From the NCBI GenBank assembly GCA_963843975.1, contig CAWJMG010000003.1:810001-842000 (forward strand): a stretch of 32,000 nucleotides of DNA, written 5' to 3'. The translations under genes and the position numbers were made by a program. Shown piece by piece: positions 1 through 10,307 of this stretch. Every line of letters begins with the position of its first letter. Positions within the stretch are counted from its first letter, which is position 1. The DNA is from an uncultured Actinomycetes bacterium (lineage in GTDB: Bacteria > Actinomycetota > Actinomycetes > S36-B12 > CAIYMF01). Under the pieces are notes generated by a model, which was given only the letters and a program-made list of their open reading frames with translations, ran no database searches and was not told where the DNA came from.

Positions 1-126
1 GACGGAGACGACGACCCCGCGGTCGTCGACGCGGACCGGGAAGGCGTCGACGTACACCATCGGGACGCGGTCGCGCGCCTGCTCGAGGTCGTCGTGGGGC
101 AGCCACCCTGCACGGGCATCGGTCAT
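1..126 (-). CDS. N-terminal 42 codons of a gene continuing past the left edge; possibly NUDIX-type hydrolase, family not secure
   Basis: ATG at 126-124. Reverse translation is MTDARAGWLPHDDLEQARDRVPMVYVDAFPVRVDDRGVVVSV, with G/C at nearly every third codon position. Missing from the ORF track only because it is truncated. Confidence 0.45.
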   Translation of the reverse strand, partial: MTDARAGWLPHDDLEQARDRVPMVYVDAFPVRVDDRGVVVSV

Positions 127-243
127 CTCGCTCACGGACCCACGGTACGGCGCCCGGGTCGACGTCCCGCAGGTGGACGCCCCGCGGCGCGCCGCGAAAG
201 CCCCGGATCGCCCGGCGCACCCGGCGCGGGGCAGGATGGGCGC

Positions 244-642
244 ATGCGACTCACGCTTCGTGCCGACGGGGCTGCCGACCTCGACCTGGTCTGGCAGCGC
301 TACTCCGTCCCGGAGCTGTGGAGCACGTGGGCGCCGCAGATCCGTCGCGTCGAGTGCTCCGCCGAGCGCCTCGCGGTCGGGGTCACCGGCATGGTCTTCG
401 GCGTCATCCCCAACATCGGCGCCGGCTTCGAGGTCGTCGAGTACGACGAGGAGCACTGGCGCTGGTCGTGGGACGTCGTCGCCGGGCCCGTGCGGATGCA
501 CCTCGACCACCGCAGCGAGGCGAGGATCGGCGGCGGCACCAGCACGGCGCTCGTCGTCGACGGCCCTGCAGCGGCGGTCATGACCTACGCCCCCGTCGCG
601 CGCATCTCGCTCGAGAGCCTGGTGCGACCCCCCAAGAAGTGA
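244..642 (+). CDS. SRPBCC (polyketide cyclase/dehydrase-like) family small protein
   Basis: Internal ATG at 244 of ORF 94..642. The upstream 50 codons are Pro/Arg/Gly low-complexity. From MRLTLRADG onward the composition is coding-like, with W-rich SRPBCC-like motifs (LWSTWAPQI, EEHWRWSWDV). Confidence 0.6.
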   Translation: MRLTLRADGAADLDLVWQRYSVPELWSTWAPQIRRVECSAERLAVGVTGMVFGVIPNIGAGFEVVEYDEEHWRWSWDVVAGPVRMHLDHRSEARIGGGTSTALVVDGPAAAVMTYAPVARISLESLVRPPKK

Positions 643-648
643 TGCGGC

Positions 649-1126
649 TCAGGCGTTCTCGGGCCGCTTGTTCGGCTTGAGGGTCCACAGCACGGTCACG
701 GCGCCGGTCACGAGCCGCTCGTCCCCCTCGCCCGTCGTGCAGCTCGACCTCGACGTGGAATTCCGGCCTCCCACCAGCCTTCAGCGTGGCCAGCACAGCA
801 TCGGCCTTCGAGGCCATGTGCGCCGTCGCCGTCACAGGGCCGCGCGCGACCTTGAGGTACTTGATGGTCGCCTCGACGGCGAGCGGGGTGACCTCGCCCA
901 GCATCTCGCCGTAGTTCGAGAGCACGATCGCCCCGGACGCCGTCTCGGCGAGGGTGAACATCGCGCCGGCGTGCAGGCCACCGATGTGGTTGTGGTACCT
1001 CGCGTCGTCGGGCATGCGGACCACCGCGTGCTGCGGGGTGAGCTCGAGGTACTCCAGGCCGAGGGTGCCGACCATCGGGACGGCGGTGGGCATGGTCGAG
1101 CGGACGGTGTCGAGGTCGAGTGCCAT
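649..1126 (-). pseudogene. PaaI/hotdog-fold thioesterase interrupted by a +1 frameshift (one extra base near 730-733), or an assembly indel
   Basis: From ATG 1126 the product is MALDLDTVRSTMPTAVPMVGTLGLEYLELTPQHAVVRMPDD..HNHIGGLHAGAMFTLAETASG, which is hotdog/PaaI-like. After ..FHVEVELHD the track frame loses its G/C third-position bias. The +1 frame has all-G/C third positions: (G)EGDERLVTGAVTVLWTLKPNKRPENA, stop at 651-649. Confidence 0.7.
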
Positions 1127-1157
1127 GCGGACGACCCTACGCGTTAGCGTCGCCTGC

Positions 1158-1703
1158 ATGCCGTCCCAGGAGCAGCCTCTCGAGCCTCCCGAGAGGGAAG
1201 GCCAGCCTGACCGGCCGACGGTGGTCGTCTTCGACGTCGACGGAGTGCTGGCCGACGTACGGCACCGGCTGCACCACGTGGAGACCAAGCCGAAGGACTG
1301 GCCTGCGTTCTTCGGCGCCATGTCTGAGGACGCCGCCCTGCCCGAGGGCGTGGCCCTCGCACGTGAGCACGCGGCAGCCGGCCACGCGATCGTCTACCTG
1401 ACCGGGCGCAACGAGACCTACCGTGGCGTCACCGAGGCATGGTTCGCCGAGCACGGCCTCCCTGCAGGCCGCCTGGTGATGCGCCGGGACGACGACCGCC
1501 GCCCTGCGCGGTTCTTCAAGCCGCAGGCCCTCGCCCGCATCGCGCGCAACGCCACGGTGGTCGCCGTCGTCGACGACGACACCGCGGTGGTCGAGGTGCT
1601 GCGCCGCGACGGCTGGCCCGTCGTGCACGCCACCTGGATGCGAGCCGCGCAGGACCAGCAGCAGACGCTCTTCGACGCACAGGAGACCGACGGCCGCACC
1701 TGA
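1158..1703 (+). CDS. HAD-superfamily phosphatase (polynucleotide 3'-phosphatase-like DxDGV type)
   Basis: ATG at 1158, in frame within ORF 954..1703. Contains VVVFDVDGVLAD (the DxDG nucleophile motif) and the later YLTGR and VDDD motifs. Confidence 0.75.
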   Translation: MPSQEQPLEPPEREGQPDRPTVVVFDVDGVLADVRHRLHHVETKPKDWPAFFGAMSEDAALPEGVALAREHAAAGHAIVYLTGRNETYRGVTEAWFAEHGLPAGRLVMRRDDDRRPARFFKPQALARIARNATVVAVVDDDTAVVEVLRRDGWPVVHATWMRAAQDQQQTLFDAQETDGRT

Positions 1704-1707
1704 CAGC

Positions 1708-1740
1708 GGGCCGGGGCGATCGCGGTGATCGCCCCGGCCC
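1708..1740. terminator. Bidirectional intrinsic terminator hairpin shared by the convergent HAD gene and rtcB
   Basis: Perfect 14-bp stem GGGCCGGGGCGATC / GATCGCCCCGGCCC with a 5-nt loop, lying between the stop at 1703 and the stop at 1758. Confidence 0.7.
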
Positions 1741-1757
1741 TCTCCCTGCCCGGGAGG

Positions 1758-2924
1758 TCAGACGCCCTTGTAGTTGAGGACCTGCGACAGCGTGCGCACG
1801 GGGCGCACGAGGTCGCGCTGGTCCTCCATCACCTGGTCGATGTCCTTGTAGGCGAGCGGGTGCTCGTCGACCAGACGCTCGGCGTCGGCGTCGTTCCAGC
1901 TGCGCCCCTCCATCGCCTCGCGCAGCGAGGCGACCGACAGCGTCTTGTTCGCCGCCGTGCGTGAGAGGCGGCGACCGGCACCGTGCGAGCAGGACTCGTA
2001 CGACGCCGCGGAGCCGAGGCCCTCGACGATGTACGACCGCGTGCCCATCGAGCCCGGGATGATGCCGAGCTTCCCCGCGCTCGCCTGGATCGCTCCCTTG
2101 CGGGTGACCCAGACCGTCCGGCCCCGGTGCTCCTCCTGCTGCGTGAAGTTGTGGTGGCAGTTCACGCGGCTGGTCTCGATCCCGGTGCGGCCGAGCTCGG
2201 CCTCGACCTCGACCAGCACGAGGCGCAGCATCTCCTCGCGGTTGGCCGCGGCGTACGCCTGCGCCCACAGGAGGTCCGCGACGTAGGCCTCGAACTCCGG
2301 CGTCCCGGCCACCAGGTACGCGAGGTCCGGGTCCGGAAGGCTGATGAACCAGTCCTTCATCAGACCCGTGGCCACCGCGATGTGGTGAGCCGCGAGCTGG
2401 TTGCCGATGCCGCGCGAGCCCGAGTGCAGCACGACCCAGACCCGGTCCCGCTCGTCGAGGCAGACCTCGACGAAGTGGTTGCCCGAGCCGAGCGAGCCGT
2501 ACTGCGTGCGCGCCGTGCGCAGCTGGCGGTCGGACAGCTCGGTCGAGGGGTCGCGGCGCACGACCTCCATGACGTCGACGTCGCGAGCGTCGTGGCCCTT
2601 GCCCATGCCGGCCGGGACCACCTGGCGGATGCGGTCGTGCAGCGCTCCGAGGTCGTCCGGCAGGTCGTGGCTCGTCAGCGAGGTCTCGATCGCGGCCATG
2701 CCGCAACCGATGTCGACGCCGACGGCCGCCGGGATGATCGCGCCCTCGGTCGCGATGACCGAGCCCACCGTCGAGCCCTTGCCGACGTGGGCGTCGGGCA
2801 TGAGGGCGAGCGGCTTCACGACGAACGGCATCGAGGCCGTGCGCCGTGCCTGGTCCATGGCCGCGGGCTCCAGCGTCGAAGCCCACGACAGGACGGACTT
2901 GTCCGTGCCGAGAGACGGGGTCAT
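1758..2924 (-). CDS. rtcB: RNA-splicing ligase RtcB
   Basis: RtcB signatures: MPDAHVGKGSTVG, GNHFVEVCLD, HSGSRGIGN, NCHHNF, HGAGR. The ATG at 2924 is preceded by AAGGAG; the track start at 2963 adds 13 unsupported codons. Confidence 0.93.
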   Translation of the reverse strand: MTPSLGTDKSVLSWASTLEPAAMDQARRTASMPFVVKPLALMPDAHVGKGSTVGSVIATEGAIIPAAVGVDIGCGMAAIETSLTSHDLPDDLGALHDRIRQVVPAGMGKGHDARDVDVMEVVRRDPSTELSDRQLRTARTQYGSLGSGNHFVEVCLDERDRVWVVLHSGSRGIGNQLAAHHIAVATGLMKDWFISLPDPDLAYLVAGTPEFEAYVADLLWAQAYAAANREEMLRLVLVEVEAELGRTGIETSRVNCHHNFTQQEEHRGRTVWVTRKGAIQASAGKLGIIPGSMGTRSYIVEGLGSAASYESCSHGAGRRLSRTAANKTLSVASLREAMEGRSWNDADAERLVDEHPLAYKDIDQVMEDQRDLVRPVRTLSQVLNYKGV

Positions 2925-3028
2925 GACTCCTTGCTCCTGTCGGTCAGGTGCCCTGTAGGACACAAGCGCAGGAACGTACTAGCCGTGACCCCTTGCGCGC
3001 GTGCGAGTTTCGCCCGCACCCGCCCCGA

Positions 3029-5953
<2,925 letters not shown>

Positions 5954-6019
5954 GGGGGGCTCTCAGTGGTGACGGCCGAGCGCGCTCGGCAGGCGACCCC
6001 GTCGCGCGGGCGCGCGTCG

Positions 6020-6230
6020 GTGGGGTCCCCCTCTGTCCATGCGCGAGCCCGCGCGCCTGAGAGGCTTCACCGGTTCCTGCGGAGAGGAACGGCTTGCACC
6101 GTCGGCGGGGACCAGAGGTCCCGCTTTCCAGAGGCGCCAAGCCTGGGCGGTCCATGATGCCTGAGAGGTTGACGGGGAGTTGCTCCTTCGGCGCCTGCCG
6201 CTGGCTGCGACAGGTCTCTCCCGCCCGGGT
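6020..6230 (-). promoter_or_regulatory. Tandem glycine riboswitch (two aptamers) in the gcvP leader
   Basis: Reverse strand, aptamer 1: GGGAGAGACC..GGCGCCGAAGGAGCAACTCC..CTCTCAGGC. Aptamer 2: CTCTGGAAAGCGGGACC..CGCCGACGGTGCAAGCC..CTCTCAGGC..GGACAGAGG. The palindrome GCCGAGCGCGCTCGGC at about 5977-5992 is a possible expression-platform hairpin. Confidence 0.85.
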
Positions 6231-6341
6231 TGCGGCGCGAGCACGAGACTACCCGCGCCGGAGCCCTCCGGCGTCCCCGGGCGCGCCGACGGCCCCGGTC
6301 GAGGACCAGGGGCGGCTACGGGCGGGTTGAGCCGGACAGGC

Positions 6342-6959
6342 TCAGACGGCGGATCGCGCGGCGCGGCGGGCGGCGAGCTCGTCGCCCTCGACGTCGGGGA
6401 TGTTCGGGGTGCCGTCGATACGCTCGCTGGGCAGCTCGGCGAGGTCGCCCTCGACCTCGCGCCAGACACGGCCGACGGCGATGCCGAAGACGCCCTGGCC
6501 GCCCTGCACGAGGTCGATGACCTCGTCCTGGCTGCGGCACTCGTACACGCTGGCGCCGTCGCTCATGAGCGTGACCTGGGCGAGGTCGTCCACGCCGGAC
6601 TCGCGCAGGTGCTCCACGGCGGTGCGGATGTTCTGCAGGGAGACCCCGGTGTCGAGGAGGCGCTTGATCACCTTGAGCACGAGGATGTCGCGGAAGCTGT
6701 AGAGGCGCTGGCTGCCCGAGCCGTGGGCGGTGCGGACCGAAGGCTCGACGAGCCCGGTGCGCGCCCAGTAGTCGAGCTGGCGGTAGGTGATGCCGGCGGC
6801 GGAGCAGGCGATCGGGCCGCGGAAGCCGACGTCGGCGGGCATGGCCCGCACCTCGTCGCCGAACAGCAGTCCCTGGCGACCGGCGACCACCGCAGCCGCC
6901 TCGGCCTCGGCCTGGCGCTGACGGTCGTCGGCCTCGTGGCCCTCGTGCACTCCGTTCAC
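6342..6959 (-). CDS. MerR-family transcriptional regulator (position of M. tuberculosis Rv1830)
   Basis: HTH region GITYRQLDYWARTGLVEPS..GSGSQRLYSFRDILVLKVIKRLLDTGVSLQNIR. GTG at 6959 lies 5 nt after AGGAGG. Confidence 0.85.
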   Translation of the reverse strand: MNGVHEGHEADDRQRQAEAEAAAVVAGRQGLLFGDEVRAMPADVGFRGPIACSAAGITYRQLDYWARTGLVEPSVRTAHGSGSQRLYSFRDILVLKVIKRLLDTGVSLQNIRTAVEHLRESGVDDLAQVTLMSDGASVYECRSQDEVIDLVQGGQGVFGIAVGRVWREVEGDLAELPSERIDGTPNIPDVEGDELAARRAARSAV

Positions 6960-7041
6960 CGGAGACCTCCTGGAGCCGCCGCCGGTGCCGCGGGTGGGGG
7001 AAGCACATCGCGAGAGTTACACCGGGGACGTTCTGCATCGA

Positions 7042-7070
7042 ACGCTAGGACTGCGCGGGGGTCGGGTCAA
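7042..7070 (-). promoter_or_regulatory. Candidate sigma-70-type promoter for the MerR gene at 6959
   Basis: Reverse strand TTGACC (7070-7065), 17 nt spacer, TAGCGT (7047-7042), about 80 nt upstream of the GTG. Confidence 0.4.
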
Positions 7071-7113
7071 CGCAGCGGGCCCCGACACGCCGGACGGATC
7101 TGCCGGCGACCTC

Positions 7114-7138
7114 AACCCTCACCTAGAGGTCGAGGGTC
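7114..7138. promoter_or_regulatory. Copy 1 of the 25-bp 7-11-7 palindromic motif (candidate operator)
   Basis: Plus strand AACCCTC-acctagaggtc-GAGGGTC. Reverse strand GACCCTCGACCTCTAGGTGAGGGTT. Sits in the spacer between the nuclease stop (7147) and the MerR promoter. Confidence 0.45.
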
Positions 7139-7146
7139 TGCCGTGC

Positions 7147-7636
7147 TCAGCCCTGCTCGGGGGCGGCGTTCCCGCCGAGGAAGTCGTCCGGCGAGATCTC
7201 GTCGAGGAAGGCCCGGAACTTCTCGACCTCGTCCTCCTGCTCGTCCGGCACAGCGATGCCGGCCGTCGCGAGAACGCCCTCGGCGCCGTAGATCGGGGTG
7301 CCCGTGCGCAGGGCGAGCGCGATGGCGTCGGACGGACGGGCGCTGACCTCCACGCCGCCTTCGAAGACGAGCACCGCGAAGAAGACTCCGTCGGCGCAGC
7401 TCGGTGATGCGCACCTCGCTGAGGGTGTGGCCGAGCGAGGCCACGACGTCGCGCAGGAGGTCGTGCGTCAGCGGCCGCGCCGGGACGACGCCCTGCTGGG
7501 CGAAGGCGATCGCGGTCGCCTCGACAGCACCGATCCAGATCGGGAGGTATCGCTCCCCCTCGACCTCGCGGAGCAGCACGATCGGCTGGTTCGACGGCAT
7601 CTCGACCCGGACACCCACGACGTCCATCTGGCGCAT
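7147..7636 (-). pseudogene. Bifunctional nuclease (DUF151) family gene carrying a +1 frameshift (extra C near 7393-7394), or an assembly indel
   Basis: N-terminal part [80 protein letters not shown] is in one frame. The continuation (R)[71 protein letters not shown] is in the ORF 7147..7374 frame. The span is 490 nt, i.e. 163 codons plus 1 base. Confidence 0.8.
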
Positions 7637-8437
7637 GGGTGCAGCGTAGCCGTCGGTGCCGGCCGTGCGACTCGACCGAGAGGGTGCGACTGGAGGCGTC
7701 AGCGACGGAGCCTCGGTGGCGAGCCCGGCCTTCACGAGGGAGGCGTGCAGGCGCACCGACAGCGCCGCGAGCTCGCGGATCGCGTCGTCGGCGCGCTGCT
7801 GGCTCTCCGGGTCGCGCTGGCGCAGCATCGGGGTGACGACCTGCTCGACGAGACCCACCTCGCGGTCGGCCGCCACCTTGAACGTGCGCAGGTGCCGGGG
7901 CTCGATGCCGAAGGCCGCCATCTCCGCGACCGTCGAGGCGATCACGAGGGTGTCGCCGTCGTAGTGCTGGCCGCGCTTGGTGATGAGGCCGTATCCCTCG
8001 AGCTGCTCGAGGAGGGAGTCGCTCAGGCCGCTGGCCTCGAGCAGCTCGCCGCGCGAGAGGCGGACGTCGGCGTTGCCGCGGAAGGAGTCTGCGGACGGCA
8101 TGCCGTCGGTGGAGACGAGCGCGCGCGGCACCCGGGGGCCGTCGGCGCTGGACGCCGGAGGCTCGAGACCGCGGTCGATCGCCTCGAGGTGCTCGCGGAT
8201 GACCTTGAGCGGGAGGTACTGGTCGCGCTGGCAGGCGAGGACGTACTTCAGCCGCTCGACGTCGGCGTGGCTGAACTTGCGGTAGCCGCTCGCGGTGCGC
8301 TGCGGGGTGATGAGCCCCTCGCCCTCGAGGAAGCGGATCTTGGAGATCGTGACGTCGGGGAAGTCCGGGCGCAGCACCTCGAGGACGTCGCCGATGCCCA
8401 TGAGGCCGCGCGCGGACGCGCTGGGTACGGCGCTCAT
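7637..8437 (-). CDS. MerR-family regulator (FtsR / Rv1828 position); 3' end undefined because no in-frame stop precedes the nuclease gene
   Basis: N-terminal HTH MGIGDVLEVLRPDFPDVTISKIRFLEGEGLITPQRTASGYRKFSHADVERLKYVLACQRDQYLPLKVIREHL. The ATG at 8437 overlaps the FHA gene stop (ATGA). The ORF 7112..8437 runs on into the nuclease frame. Confidence 0.78.
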
Positions 8438-8943
8438 GCGCCCTCACCTGAGGCAGCCTCGAGGAACACGAAGCGGTACTTGCCGATCTGCACCTCGTCG
8501 CCACCGGCCAGCAGCTGGCTGTCGATGCGACGGCGGTTGACGTAGCTGCCGTTCAGCGAGCCCAGGTCGGCGAGCTCCCAGCTGCCGTCGACGGCGTGGA
8601 GCTCGGCGTGGCGGCGTGACACCGTGACGTCGTCGAGGAACAGGTCGCACTCGGGTGCGCGGCCGAGCACCACGGCGCCGACGGCCGGGTCGAGGTCGAA
8701 GCGGGCACCTTCCTGCGGTCCGCGCAGGACCACCAGGACGGCGTGGCCGTGGCCGAGCCCGCCCACACTCGTCGGGTCGACGGTGGGAAGCGGGGCGGAG
8801 TCGCCCTCCGAGGCGATGCGCACGCCGAGGACGCCTGTCTGGAACGCAGCCTCAGGACCTGCTTCGAGAAGCGCCCCGCAGGACGCGCAGAAGTGGTCGT
8901 GATCCTCCGCCAGGTGACCGCACCTAGGGCACTCCCGGCTCAT
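8434..8943 (-). CDS. FHA-domain protein (OdhI/GarA position) with an N-terminal CxxC..CxxC zinc ribbon
   Basis: FHA core LGRAPECDLFLDDVTVSRRHAEL..GSLNGSYVNRRRI..GDEVQIGKYRFVFL. N-terminus MSRECPRCGHLAEDHDHFCASCG. The ATG at 8943 lies 4 nt after GGAGG. Confidence 0.9.
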   Translation of the reverse strand: MSRECPRCGHLAEDHDHFCASCGALLEAGPEAAFQTGVLGVRIASEGDSAPLPTVDPTSVGGLGHGHAVLVVLRGPQEGARFDLDPAVGAVVLGRAPECDLFLDDVTVSRRHAELHAVDGSWELADLGSLNGSYVNRRRIDSQLLAGGDEVQIGKYRFVFLEAASGEGA

Positions 8944-8974
8944 GCGGCCTCCACTGATGCGCTGCCCGACGTCC

Positions 8975-8999
8975 AATCCTCGACATGTCGTCGAGGGTG
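8975..8999. promoter_or_regulatory. Copy 2 of the 25-bp palindromic motif (candidate operator), just downstream of the predicted -10
   Basis: Plus strand AATCCTC-gacatgtcgtc-GAGGGTG. Reverse strand CACCCTCGACGACATGTCGAGGATT. Confidence 0.45.
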
Positions 9000-9006
9000 C
9001 AGGCCG

Positions 9007-9036
9007 AGACTACGGACCTGCGTACGGCAGGGTCAA
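9007..9036 (-). promoter_or_regulatory. Candidate promoter of the FHA-MerR-nuclease operon
   Basis: Reverse strand TTGACC (9036-9031), 18 nt spacer, TAGTCT (9012-9007). Flanked by motif copies 3 and 2. Confidence 0.45.
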
Positions 9037-9043
9037 CAGCATG

Positions 9044-9068
9044 AACCCTCGACATCAGGTCGAGGGTT
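9044..9068. promoter_or_regulatory. Copy 3 (best) of the 25-bp palindromic motif; part of a perfect 14-5-14 palindrome at 9040-9072
   Basis: CATGAACCCTCGAC-atcag-GTCGAGGGTTCATG. Lies 17 nt after the gcvH stop and 7 nt upstream of the -35 TTGACC. It could also serve as the gcvH terminator hairpin. Confidence 0.5.
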
Positions 9069-9089
9069 CATGCCGTGCGGTGCGGGGGC

Positions 9090-9479
9090 TCAGCCGCCGA
9101 CGAGGGCGGCGTACGCGGCGGCGTCGAGCAGGCCGTCGAGCGAGGCGCCCGCGGCCACCTGCACCTCGGCGAGCCAGCCGGCGCCGTAGGGCTCGGAGTT
9201 GATGGTCTCCGGGCTCGTCTCGACCGCGTCGTTGCGGGCCACGACCGTGCCGGAGACCGGCGCGTAGATGTCCGAGACGCTCTTGGTCGACTCGACCTCG
9301 CCGCAGGGCTCCCCCGCTCTGACGACGGCGCCGACGGTGGGCAGCGTGACGAACACGATGTCGCCGAGGGCGTCCTGCGCGTGGTCGGTGATGCCGAAGC
9401 GGACGGTGCCGTCGGCGGTCGGCTCGACCCACTCGTGCTCGGGCGTGTAGCGCAGGTTGTCGGGGGTCTGGCCGGCCAT
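9090..9479 (-). CDS. gcvH: Glycine cleavage system H protein
   Basis: MAGQTPDNLRYTPEHEWV.., with lipoyl-lysine motif GEVESTKSVSDIYAPVSG. The ATG at 9479 is preceded by GAAGGAG. Confidence 0.93.
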   Translation of the reverse strand: MAGQTPDNLRYTPEHEWVEPTADGTVRFGITDHAQDALGDIVFVTLPTVGAVVRAGEPCGEVESTKSVSDIYAPVSGTVVARNDAVETSPETINSEPYGAGWLAEVQVAAGASLDGLLDAAAYAALVGG

Positions 9480-9502
9480 GCGGGGAGCTCCTTCGGTCAG
9501 GG

Positions 9503-10303
9503 TCACGAGCCGCTCGGGCTCGGGGCGGGGCGAGCGTATTGCGGTGTCGAGACCGGCTGCAACGCGGTGACGAGCACGTTGGTGTCGGCGACCACGTCGA
9601 TGGACCCTCCGGCTGTGCGGACGGTGTCCGCGACACCGCCCGGGATCTCCAGCGCGGTGGCGAGGGTGGACGAGTCCCCGATCACCGAGAGCCGGTACGG
9701 CGTCGTCAGGACCGTGCCGGACACCGAGACGCCCCGACCGCCGGGCTCGTCCTCGAACCAGGTCGAGGCGACCACGCGGACGTCGCCGATCTGGATGGCC
9801 TCGGCCCCGGCGTCCCGCAGCTCCTGCACCGCGTCGAGCAGCACGGCCGAGGTGATCGCTCCCCCGCCGTCCTGCAGTGTCACGCGGATGCCCGTGCCCG
9901 TGGCGGGCACGGTGCCGGCGAGGATCGCCAGCGCGTCGGCACGGGCGCGCGAGGCGGCGAGGCGCTGCTCCTCGCTCCCGGACAGCAGCCGGTCGCGCGC
10001 GGCCTCGAGCGCACGCTGCTCCGCCTGCAGCCGCGCCTGCCGCTCGGTGAGGTCGTCCAGCACGCGCACGATCTCGTCCTCGCGCGCGGTGGCGAGCAGG
10101 CCGGTCTGCGCCGAGCCCTGGGTCGCGGCGACCCCGGCGAACCCCAGCCCCACGAACAGAAGCCCGATCACCGCCTGCTGGACCGTGGCCCGGGGCGCGA
10201 GCGCGGTGCGCAACCGCGAGCGGGCAGCGGTCGCCTCATCCGGCGTTCCCTCGGACGTCTCCGTCGACGGGCCGGCCTCCGCGCTCCCCGTGTCGTCGCT
10301 CAT
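9503..10303 (-). CDS. DUF881-family membrane protein (Rv1825 position)
   Basis: One N-terminal TM segment, a coiled-coil region, then GIRVTLQD..VLLDAVQELRDAGAEAIQIGDVRVV..TPYRLSVIG, typical of DUF881. ATG at 10303, just after the upstream stop at 10308. Confidence 0.8.
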   Translation of the reverse strand: MSDDTGSAEAGPSTETSEGTPDEATAARSRLRTALAPRATVQQAVIGLLFVGLGFAGVAATQGSAQTGLLATAREDEIVRVLDDLTERQARLQAEQRALEAARDRLLSGSEEQRLAASRARADALAILAGTVPATGTGIRVTLQDGGGAITSAVLLDAVQELRDAGAEAIQIGDVRVVASTWFEDEPGGRGVSVSGTVLTTPYRLSVIGDSSTLATALEIPGGVADTVRTAGGSIDVVADTNVLVTALQPVSTPQYARPAPSPSGS

Positions 10304-10307
10304 CGGC

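Noticed and set aside
94-243. N-terminal 50 codons of ORF 94..642, and similar long N-terminal extensions of track ORFs (578..1321, 954..1703, 21262..22092, 19412..20536, 20533..21219, 9503..10381).
   Set aside because: The extensions are low-complexity, lack codon bias, and overlap neighbouring genes or promoters. Internal starts with Shine-Dalgarno sequences, or start-stop overlaps with the upstream gene, fit the conserved protein N-termini better.
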